The position numbers were made by a program, and so were the translations under genes. From Kofleriaceae bacterium (GTDB lineage: Bacteria; Myxococcota_A; Polyangia; Haliangiales; Haliangiaceae): DNA of 19,824 nucleotides. Positions 10,360 through 17,355 of this stretch are shown one piece after another. Position 1 is the first letter of the stretch; each line of letters opens with the position of its first letter. The notes beneath the pieces were generated by a model. The model saw nothing but the letters and a program-made list of their open reading frames with translations. It was not told the DNA's origin and did not search any database. The DNA lies in NCBI GenBank assembly GCA_046597055.1, contig JBKJLC010000207.1, positions 1 through 19,824 of the forward strand, in the 5' to 3' direction.

Positions 10360-10965
10360 ATGGTCCTGGCTACCCAGATCGCGAACGCCGGCGCCGGCGC
10401 GCTCGACCTCGCGAGATGGGGGCTCGGCGGCGCGCTCGTGCTGCTCGCGGCCGGGCTGACCGCGCTGGTCGTGGTGTTGACCCGGCGGCAACGCAAGCCG
10501 GCGCCACCGCCGCCGGCGCCGGTCGAGGTGCGCCCGGTCGTGCGGCGCCCGACGCCACCGCCGCGGCCGGCACCGACCCGGCCGCCGGTCGCGTTCGGCG
10601 GGGGTGGGCTCGCGGTGGCGAGCTCGGGCCTGGTGTGCCCGACCTGTCGCACCGAGTACAGCGGCGTGACCTACTGCCCGCGCGACGCGCGCCGGCTGGT
10701 CGCCGCCGAGGAGATGCTCGCGGGTGCCCGCAGCGCCGGCGGCATGTGCATGTCGTGTGGTCGCGCGTTCGAGCCTGGGCTCCGGCGCTGCCCGCACGAC
10801 GGCGCCGAGATCGTGCTGGCCGCGCTGTACCTCGCTTCGCGGCGGCGGCGCGACGCGGCCCCGACCGGCGTCATGGCCAAGGTGTGTCCGGTCTGTCGCG
10901 ACCAGGCCGATCTGTCGGCGCGGTTCTGCGGGCGCGACGGTCACGAGCTGGTCGTCGTGAACTGA
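10360..10965 (+). CDS. Single-TM protein with Pro-rich linker and three zinc-ribbon-like motifs, 201 aa
   Basis: TM WGLGGALVLLAAGLTALVVVL followed by RRQRK; CPTC-x9-CPRD, CMSC-x9-CPHDG, CPVC-x9-CGRDG. Confidence 0.8.
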   Translation: MVLATQIANAGAGALDLARWGLGGALVLLAAGLTALVVVLTRRQRKPAPPPPAPVEVRPVVRRPTPPPRPAPTRPPVAFGGGGLAVASSGLVCPTCRTEYSGVTYCPRDARRLVAAEEMLAGARSAGGMCMSCGRAFEPGLRRCPHDGAEIVLAALYLASRRRRDAAPTGVMAKVCPVCRDQADLSARFCGRDGHELVVVN

Positions 10966-11039
10966 GCGACACCGGTTGAGCTCGCAGATGTGATGTGCGC
11001 ACGCGGCCGTCAGCCGACGACCGCTGTATGATCCTCAGA

Positions 11040-11675
11040 ATGCGCCCAGGCCTGCCGCTCGTGATCGCCGCGTCGCTCGTCCCTGCCGTCGCCTCCGCCG
11101 ACGTGCTCAGCCTGCGGGTCGAGGCGCAGGGTGGCGGCTCGGGCGGGGTCGGCCTGGCGGGCGATCGCAAGGACGACGCGTTCTCCGAGGGCGCGCGCGG
11201 ACCGGCATACGGCGCGCTGCTCGGGGCCGAGATCCTGTTCATCGACGCGTGGATCGAGCATCGCCAGACCCGGGTCGACGGCGCGGTCGCGACCTGGACC
11301 CAGTTCATGACCGGCCTCGATCTCGACATCCCGCTGGGCACGCCCGACCAGGCGCCCGACGCCACCTCCGCGCCGCGGCCGCGTGGCTACGCCGAGCTCG
11401 GGCTTGGATTTGGCTTCGGCGTCGGCACCGGCCAGCAGGTCGTGCTGCCGCTCGACAACGGCGAGATCACCGACAAGGGCTTCCTCGCCGAGGCCCGGCT
11501 CGGCGCCGGCATCCATCTCGGTCCGGTGCTGTCGCTCGGCGTGGTGGTGCCGGTCAGCGCCGGTTACTACTTCAAGAGCGGCGCCGGCGTGGCCGCCAAC
11601 GACCTCGGCACCCACTATCAGGCGATCCAGGCGGCCGCGCTGGTGAACCTGCGCTTCCGGATCAAGGTCAAGTAG
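11040..11675 (+). CDS. Exported protein, probable outer-membrane beta-barrel, 211 aa
   Basis: Signal peptide MRPGLPLVIAASLVPAVASA; alternating amphipathic strands (GYAELGLGFGFG, GFLAEARLGAGIHLG, ALVNLRFRIK). TATGAT lies 7 nt before ATG 11040. Confidence 0.65.
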   Translation: MRPGLPLVIAASLVPAVASADVLSLRVEAQGGGSGGVGLAGDRKDDAFSEGARGPAYGALLGAEILFIDAWIEHRQTRVDGAVATWTQFMTGLDLDIPLGTPDQAPDATSAPRPRGYAELGLGFGFGVGTGQQVVLPLDNGEITDKGFLAEARLGAGIHLGPVLSLGVVVPVSAGYYFKSGAGVAANDLGTHYQAIQAAALVNLRFRIKVK

Positions 11676-11685
11676 CGCACCGACC

Positions 11686-11712
11686 CGCGCGCTCGACCGG
11701 CGTCAGCGCGCG
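11686..11712. terminator. Hairpin between convergent genes
   Basis: CGCGCGCT(c)GAC-cggc-GTC-AGCGCGCG; no U tract. Confidence 0.45.
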
Positions 11713-12324
11713 CTACCGGGCACCGTCGTCGTAGATCGTGATGATGTCGTAGCCGCGCGGCGTGTCGCGCTGGCTGTAGACCAGCGCCAGGCTGCCCCGA
11801 CCGCCCGCGCAGCGGATCGCGACGACGCCGCCGCGCGCAAGCTCGGCGTTGATCTGCACCCGCAGCGGCTCGTAGGCCTCGTGGCCGGGCGGCAGCGGCT
11901 CGAACGCCAAGCCCAGCCGCTGGTTGTACTTCCAGCGCGGCGGGCCGGCGGTGCAACCGCCGGTGCCGACCGTGCGCTGGGCGAGCAGCTGATAGAACCG
12001 CGACACGTTGCGGCGCTCGCGCTCGGCCGGGTAGGGCGTGCCGTCGTCGCGCTCGAGGTCGGCCCGCTCTTCGTCGGTGAGGTCGGTCAGGCGGCCGAGC
12101 AGATCGTAGCGACGCAGCAGGATCTCGAACCCGCCCACGGTGGCGAAGTCGAACAGCTCGACCCACGCCGCCTGGCTGGCGAGCGTCGTGGTCTCGAAGT
12201 CGTACACGACCTGCGCGGGCAGCGCGGCCGGCCGCGGCGCGCGCGCCGGTGCCTTGGGCCCGCAGGCGGTCAGCGCCGCCAGCAGCGCCAGCCCGGCGAC
12301 TCGGCGCACACCGCCCCGCCGCAT
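11713..12324 (-). CDS. Lipoprotein of unknown function, 203 aa
   Basis: MRRGGVRRVAGLALLAALTA-C lipobox; start overlaps the ferritin-like gene stop (TGATG at 12322-12326); two further Cys. Confidence 0.8.
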   Translation of the reverse strand: MRRGGVRRVAGLALLAALTACGPKAPARAPRPAALPAQVVYDFETTTLASQAAWVELFDFATVGGFEILLRRYDLLGRLTDLTDEERADLERDDGTPYPAERERRNVSRFYQLLAQRTVGTGGCTAGPPRWKYNQRLGLAFEPLPPGHEAYEPLRVQINAELARGGVVAIRCAGGRGSLALVYSQRDTPRGYDIITIYDDGAR

Positions 12325-13223
12325 CAGGCCTCCGCCGCCGCCATCCACGCGTCGCCGTACTCATCGGCGACGTCGCCACACGGGATGCCGAGCGCCTCGA
12401 AGCCGGGCACCAGCACCTCGCGCACGCACGCCGCGAAGATCACGCGCTCCTCGGCCGGCGTCATCAGGCCGTGACCGCGCACGGCCTCGGTGACCTCGCC
12501 CACCGGTCGCTCGCGCTCGACCACGTTGGCGTTGCCGCGCAGCGCGATCGGCACCATCTTGGCGGCCGCCTCGATCGCGCCGGCGCCACCGACGTCGATC
12601 GCGTGGCGCAGGTACGACCAGCCGAGCCGGGCGTGCATGACCTCGTCGGAGTAGATCGACGTCAGCACCTCCCGGGCGGCCGGATCGAGCGTCAGATCGC
12701 GGGTCGCGGTCAGCACCGTGGTCGCGTACGTCTCGCTCACGCACGACACCAGCAGGGTGTTGGCGACCGCCTGGTGCAGCCTGGGCCGGGTCGGCTCGTC
12801 GGGCAGGCTCGACATGCCCGACGGCGGCTGGATGCGGCGGCCGCTGTAGATCTCGACCATGCGCAGGCACAGCTCGGCGTGGCGGACCTCGTCGATGCCG
12901 GCGCGCATGCACAGCGACAGCACGTCGGCCGGCGCGCCGGCGGCGACCAGATCGATCGCGAGCACCGCGAACGTCGACACCGCGAGGTACTCGGCGGCGG
13001 CCCGGCGCTCCCAGGTGCCGGCCAGCCGCTTCCGTTCGTCGGCCGTCAGCGCGGCGGCGGTGCTGCGCTCCCACGGAATCGGGACCTGGCGGCGGCGCAT
13101 CAGCCGCTGGTGCTCGGCCTCGAGCGGGGTGCCCGACAGCCACCAGGCGCTGACCGGCTCGAACACGTCGTCGACGATGTCGGCGACCGCGGCGGAGGAG
13201 ACAGCCTGATCGTTCATGACCAT
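12324..13223 (-). CDS. Ferritin-like di-metal (di-iron) carboxylate protein, 299 aa
   Basis: Ligand order E (AAAEY)...DEVRH...E (SCVSET)...DEVMH; no signal peptide; start overlaps the upstream stop (TGATG at 13221-13225). Confidence 0.88.
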   Translation of the reverse strand: MVMNDQAVSSAAVADIVDDVFEPVSAWWLSGTPLEAEHQRLMRRRQVPIPWERSTAAALTADERKRLAGTWERRAAAEYLAVSTFAVLAIDLVAAGAPADVLSLCMRAGIDEVRHAELCLRMVEIYSGRRIQPPSGMSSLPDEPTRPRLHQAVANTLLVSCVSETYATTVLTATRDLTLDPAAREVLTSIYSDEVMHARLGWSYLRHAIDVGGAGAIEAAAKMVPIALRGNANVVERERPVGEVTEAVRGHGLMTPAEERVIFAACVREVLVPGFEALGIPCGDVADEYGDAWMAAAEA

Positions 13224-13903
13224 CAGCTCAGGATGAAGCCGCGACCGGTGGCGCGGACCTTCTGGACCCGTGGGCGCGGCGCCGGCTGGATGATCGACGT
13301 CACCGCGAGCACCTGTGAGGTACGCGTCTTGTCAGCGCCGACGAACTTGATCGTCAGCGCCTTGCTGGTCGCGCCGACCTTGGCCGGCGCGGTGAACACG
13401 GCCTTGATGAGGCCCTTGCCGCCGGCCGGGATCGCCTGCTTGGGCGGGGTCGCGACCAGGCAGGCGCACGAGCTCGTGATCATCTTGCGATCGATCGTCA
13501 CCGGGGCCGTGGTGGCGTTGGTGAAGGTGAACTCGACGGTCTTCTTGCTACCGGCGACCACCGTCCCGAGATCGAGCTCGGGCTGATCGAACGTCACCGG
13601 CGGCGTGAGTGGCCGCGGCACCGGGGGCCCGGGTGGCGGCGCCGGCTTGCGGGCAGCGCCTCCGGCCTGGGCGACCCGGAGCGGCCGGCCGATCGCCGCG
13701 GCGACCTCGGCCGCTGTGGTCGCGGTGGGCGAGCTCGCGATGGGCGGCTCAGCGTAGGGTCCGGCCAGCGCCGGCCGCGCCACGTACGTGGATCCCAGCA
13801 TCGCACCGGCGACGACGACGGTGCGCCAGGTCCGCCGGTTGGCGGCGCTGGAGAGCTCGACGGAATCGGACAGGAAGCGAGCGAGCGCGGTGCGTTGCGA
13901 CAT
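13223..13903 (-). CDS. Exported DUF1573-like (Ig-fold) protein with a TGRGFILS C-terminus, 226 aa
   Basis: GGGGA before ATG 13903; signal-like NRRTWRTVVVAGAMLGSTYVARPALA; DLGTV...FTFTNATTAPVTI...SSCAC...IPAGGKG matches the DUF1573 pattern; ends RPRVQKVRATGRGFILS. Confidence 0.8.
   Translation of the reverse strand: MSQRTALARFLSDSVELSSAANRRTWRTVVVAGAMLGSTYVARPALAGPYAEPPIASSPTATTAAEVAAAIGRPLRVAQAGGAARKPAPPPGPPVPRPLTPPVTFDQPELDLGTVVAGSKKTVEFTFTNATTAPVTIDRKMITSSCACLVATPPKQAIPAGGKGLIKAVFTAPAKVGATSKALTIKFVGADKTRTSQVLAVTSIIQPAPRPRVQKVRATGRGFILS
13229..13250. repeat. 22-bp exact repeat, copy 1 (in the TGRGFILS tail)
   Basis: caggatgaagccgcgaccggtg is identical at 14057-14078. Confidence 0.95.
13797..13812. 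repeat. 16-bp exact repeat, copy 1 (in the AGAML signal motif)
   Basis: agcatcgcaccggcga is identical at 14265-14280. Confidence 0.9.
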
Positions 13904-13932
13904 GGTCCCCCGGAGTCGGACGTGCGACGACG

Positions 13933-13961
13933 CCGCGCGACCAGGCCCCTGGTCGGCGCGG
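13933..13961 (-). other. Intergenic stem-loop between the two TGRGFILS genes
   Basis: CCGCGC-GACCAG-gccc-CTGGTC-(g)-GCGCGG. Confidence 0.55.
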
Positions 13962-14050
13962 ACGATCGAATGAGATGGCTGACGGCGCCCATGACGTGAC
14001 ACGCCGGGCCGCCCCAGCAACCCGGTCGACGTCAGCTCCGCAGCCGTGAA

Positions 14051-14329
14051 TCAGGACAGGATGAAGCCGCGACCGGTGCTGCCTTCGTCGCTCACACCAC
14101 GCGCGCGGCCACACGGGTCGGCACACGGATCGGCGTCCTGCGAGGGGCTGCACGGGTTGACCTGCTGGTCGGGGCCGCACGGGTCCTGCTCGGTCGGGGC
14201 CGTGACCTCGGCCGGCTCGGGGGTCGTCGTGACCGGCGCCGTCTTGGAGGCGCAGGCGCTGCCGAGCATCGCACCGGCGAACACGACGGTCTTCCAGATG
14301 GTCTGCGTTGCTTCGCGACGAAGGTTCAT
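14051..14329 (-). CDS. Small probable lipoprotein or precursor peptide with four [DN]PC repeats and a TGRGFILS C-terminus, 92 aa
   Basis: MNLRREATQTIWKTVVFAGAMLGSA-C; Pro/Thr linker; DPCG, NPCS, DPCA, DPCG; ends RARGVSDEGSTGRGFILS. Both termini are homologous to the neighbouring gene, and a clear promoter precedes it. Confidence 0.85.
   Translation of the reverse strand: MNLRREATQTIWKTVVFAGAMLGSACASKTAPVTTTPEPAEVTAPTEQDPCGPDQQVNPCSPSQDADPCADPCGRARGVSDEGSTGRGFILS
14057..14078. repeat. 22-bp exact repeat, copy 2
   Basis: Identical to 13229-13250. Confidence 0.95.
14265..14280. repeat. 16-bp exact repeat, copy 2
   Basis: Identical to 13797-13812. Confidence 0.9.
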
Positions 14330-14335
14330 GAAAGC

Positions 14336-14364
14336 AGATTACGAGCGTGGTGGGGTCGGTTCAA
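14336..14364 (-). promoter_or_regulatory. Sigma70-type promoter giving a leaderless mRNA for the 92-aa gene
   Basis: Minus strand reads TTGAAC-17 nt-TAATCT-6 nt-ATG. Confidence 0.75.
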
Positions 14365-14422
14365 GCCCCAAGCCACGATCAGCGGCTGTGCTTCTTTCGA
14401 ATCTCACCCTCCCTTCGATCGG

Positions 14423-14450
14423 TCGGGCGCGGCCCGGAGGCCGCGCCCGA
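14423..14450 (-). terminator. Perfect 12-bp GC hairpin downstream of the Fe-S/cNMP gene
   Basis: Minus strand TCGGGCGCGGCC-TCCG-GGCCGCGCCCGA, a C(UCCG)G UNCG-type tetraloop; no U tract, so it could instead be REP-like or an mRNA stabiliser. Confidence 0.6.
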
Positions 14451-14486
14451 TCTGTACGGAACGAGAGCCGCCTCGCTTCGCTCGGC

Positions 14487-17354
14487 TCAGCGCGGCGGCG
14501 CGGCCGGCCACGTGCTCGAGGCACCGGCCGTGGTCGACGCGAGCATCATGCCGCGCATGCGCTTGACAAGCTCGGCGATGATCACCTGCGACATCTCGGG
14601 GCGCTGATCGAGCAGCGCCTTGAAGTCGTCGCCGGGCAGTACCAGCGTGCGGGTCCGCTCGACCGCGCGGACCGTCGCCGACCGAGGCGCGGCATCGAAC
14701 ACCGCCATCTCGCCGATGCACGCGCCGGGGCCGAGCTCGGACAGGATGCGCTCGGGCCGGTCGCCGGAGCCACCGGTGAACACTTTCACGCGGCCCTTCA
14801 CCATCAGGAACACGGCGTCGCCGGCGTCGCCCTCCGCGCACAGATCCTGGCCCTCGGTGAAGTGGCGCTCGACCACGACCTCGGCCAGCTCCTCGAGATC
14901 GTCGGGGGCCAGCCCGGCGAACATCGGGACCTGCCGGATCAGCATGAGCTTCTCGATCTCGCTCAGGGTCTCGACCCGCGCGTTGGCGTCGAGGGTCGCG
15001 AACACCCCGGCGTTACCCACGCCCTTGACGGTCTGGGCCATCGCGCCGGCGTCGCTGGCCGGGTGTTCGCCGGTGCTGCCCCGGGCGACCGCGCGCACCG
15101 CCGCCGAGCGCACCCGGGGCTCCTTGTCGGCCAGCGCCTTCTGCATCAGCTCGCGGGTCAGCCGCGAGCGTGCACCGAGCGCGCGGACCGCGGCCTGGCG
15201 CACGTTGCCGTCGACGTCGTCCATCGCCGCTACCAGCGCCGCGCGCGAGCCGTCGTCGTCGAAGCGCGACAGCACGATCGCGACCGCCGCCCGCAGGTAG
15301 CGCGAGCCGTCGCCGGCGACCGCGAGGAACGGCGCCGGCTCGAACGGCGCCGCGGCGTGGCCCCACAGCCGCTCGAGCGCGGCGTGGAGCGCGCGCACCA
15401 GCTCGTCGGGCGCGGTGCCGCGCAGCGCGTGGACCTGGGCGACCGCGGTGCGCGGCCGGGCCGTGATCGCCTCGCGGGCCCGCTCGATCTCGTCGCGCTG
15501 GGCGATCGCGCCGAGCAGGCCGAGCGCGCGGCCGGTGTGCTGGGTGCCGCGCCAGCGCGCGACGTGCGCGACGAAGCCGAGCGTCGCCGACTCGTGGCCG
15601 GTCGGATCGTCGACATGGGCCGCCCGCGCCACCGCGGCCAGCCGCTCGATCGCGGCGATCTCTGCCTTCGCGAACGCCACCACCGGCCCGTCGGGGCCGA
15701 GCAGGCGGGCCGACTCGGCGGCGTGCTCGTCGTCGCCCACGCCGTACTCGGCGCGCAGCGCAGCGACCGCCGCGGCCGAGGCCGCGGCGCCGGTGCGGCC
15801 GGCGTCGACCACCAGCCGCTCGAGCTCCTTGCGGTACTGCTGACCCTTGAGCCGCTGCTCGACCGAGCCCTGGTAGGCCGGATCGAACAGCTGCTTCTCC
15901 TCGGCCGACAGCTCGCCGACCAGCTTCTGGTGGTCCTTGTCGGTGATCCCGAGCTGCGCGCGCAGGCTGTCGAGGATCACCAGCTCGGCCCGGGTGATCA
16001 AGCCGTCGGCGACCAGCTCGCGCACGGTCTCCTTGTAGGCGCGCAGCCGGGCCTCGCGCTGCTTGGTGCGCTCGGTGTGCAGCAGGTAGATGTCCGACAG
16101 GTCGTCGGACGGGGGCGCGTCGCCCCACTCCCAGCGCTTGAGGATCTTCTGCGCGAACTTCTCCTGGACGTACTCGGCCTCCTTGCGCCGGAACCGGCGG
16201 AAGAAGATCGCGGCCGACGCGAACACGACCGCCACGCTCCAGCCCTGGACCGCCCAGCCCGGCAGCCGTTGCAGACTCGGCTGGCCGGCGAAGAAGTAGA
16301 AGCAGTTGAACGCGACGAAGCCGGCGACCACCAGCAGCTGGTGGCGCAGACGGTTGCGAGCCTCGACCCCGGCCTGCGCGGTCGGGTCGAGCCCCTTGCC
16401 GACGCGCCGCCACGCCAGCCGCTCGACCCCCGTGAACAGCGCGAACGAGATCGCGCCGGCGCCGACCAGGGTCAGCGGTGCCGCCACCACCCGCGGGATC
16501 GCCGGCGCGAAGTGAAAGCCCGGGTCGAGCCAGGTCGACGGCTGGGTGGTCTCGTACGCCCACGCCCCCGAGAAGTAGTAGTCCCAGCTGCCGGCGTAGA
16601 GCCAGTAGTAGACGTAGAACGCGACCACCACGCCCGGCCACGCGAAATAGACCAGCCGGCGGCCGCGCTCAGGCATCTCTTTCCAGTAGCCCTGCTCGAG
16701 ATCGATGTCGGGGCAGTGCTTCTTGCACGCGACGCACGGCGCGCACTGCGACGTCTGCTCGTTCGCTGCCGAGCCACGCGCGGGCTCGGTGTATATCTTC
16801 TCGACGAGCCCGACCGGGCACAGGAAGTTGCACCACGTCTTGCCGCCGAACACGAAGCTCGTGACGATCGCCGCGAGGATCACGACACCGAGGAAGCCGG
16901 CGAGCCACACGTCGCTACCGTTGGTCGCCACGAGCCGCAGCGTGAGCGCGACGAGCATGAAGCCGAGCTGAACGAGCACGTAGTTCTTGCTCATCCAGTC
17001 GCCCATCTTCCGCGTGCCCGGCCGGCCGAACAGACGGCCGAGCTGGCCCATCACCGCGAGCGGACACAGCCGCCGCCACAGGTGATAGCCAAACGTCATC
17101 CAGAAGAACGGCAGCGCCGCGATCGCGACCGTCCACAGCAGCCGATTGCCGTGGCGGAAGCCGAGGATTGTCGGGATGGTCGCCGCGAACGCCAGCACCA
17201 GCACGATGCGCGAAGCGGTCGCCCACTTCGGTGCGGTGCCGCCGTCGGTGAACGCTGCCCAGCCGCCGGCCCGCGCCTTCTCTGCCTTGCCCGCGGGCTT
17301 GCCGTCCGCGATCGGGAGCTTCTTCTTCTCGGGCTTGGCGGGTGCGGCGCTCAT
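14487..17354 (-). CDS. Membrane Fe-S (NapH/RdxA-like) protein fused to HEAT repeats and a C-terminal cNMP-binding domain, 955 aa
   Basis: About 8 TM segments with WRRLCP, WCNFLCPVG and CAPCVACKKHCP; HEAT-like DVDGNVRQAAVRALG and DKEPRVRSAAVRAVA; cNMP domain EGDAGDAVFLMVKGRVKV...IGEMAVFDAAPRSATVRA. Confidence 0.88.
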   Translation of the reverse strand: MSAAPAKPEKKKLPIADGKPAGKAEKARAGGWAAFTDGGTAPKWATASRIVLVLAFAATIPTILGFRHGNRLLWTVAIAALPFFWMTFGYHLWRRLCPLAVMGQLGRLFGRPGTRKMGDWMSKNYVLVQLGFMLVALTLRLVATNGSDVWLAGFLGVVILAAIVTSFVFGGKTWCNFLCPVGLVEKIYTEPARGSAANEQTSQCAPCVACKKHCPDIDLEQGYWKEMPERGRRLVYFAWPGVVVAFYVYYWLYAGSWDYYFSGAWAYETTQPSTWLDPGFHFAPAIPRVVAAPLTLVGAGAISFALFTGVERLAWRRVGKGLDPTAQAGVEARNRLRHQLLVVAGFVAFNCFYFFAGQPSLQRLPGWAVQGWSVAVVFASAAIFFRRFRRKEAEYVQEKFAQKILKRWEWGDAPPSDDLSDIYLLHTERTKQREARLRAYKETVRELVADGLITRAELVILDSLRAQLGITDKDHQKLVGELSAEEKQLFDPAYQGSVEQRLKGQQYRKELERLVVDAGRTGAAASAAAVAALRAEYGVGDDEHAAESARLLGPDGPVVAFAKAEIAAIERLAAVARAAHVDDPTGHESATLGFVAHVARWRGTQHTGRALGLLGAIAQRDEIERAREAITARPRTAVAQVHALRGTAPDELVRALHAALERLWGHAAAPFEPAPFLAVAGDGSRYLRAAVAIVLSRFDDDGSRAALVAAMDDVDGNVRQAAVRALGARSRLTRELMQKALADKEPRVRSAAVRAVARGSTGEHPASDAGAMAQTVKGVGNAGVFATLDANARVETLSEIEKLMLIRQVPMFAGLAPDDLEELAEVVVERHFTEGQDLCAEGDAGDAVFLMVKGRVKVFTGGSGDRPERILSELGPGACIGEMAVFDAAPRSATVRAVERTRTLVLPGDDFKALLDQRPEMSQVIIAELVKRMRGMMLASTTAGASSTWPAAPPR

Positions 17355-17355
17355 C

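Noticed and set aside
12324..13223. Calling the di-iron protein bacterioferritin, a ribonucleotide reductase small subunit or MiaE
   Set aside because: Only the generic ligand pattern is shared; length, flanking sequence and gene context do not support a specific name.
14345..14420. Intact tRNA suggested by GGTTCAAG and TTCGAATC
   Set aside because: No cloverleaf can be built; GTTCAA is better explained as the -35 box on the minus strand.
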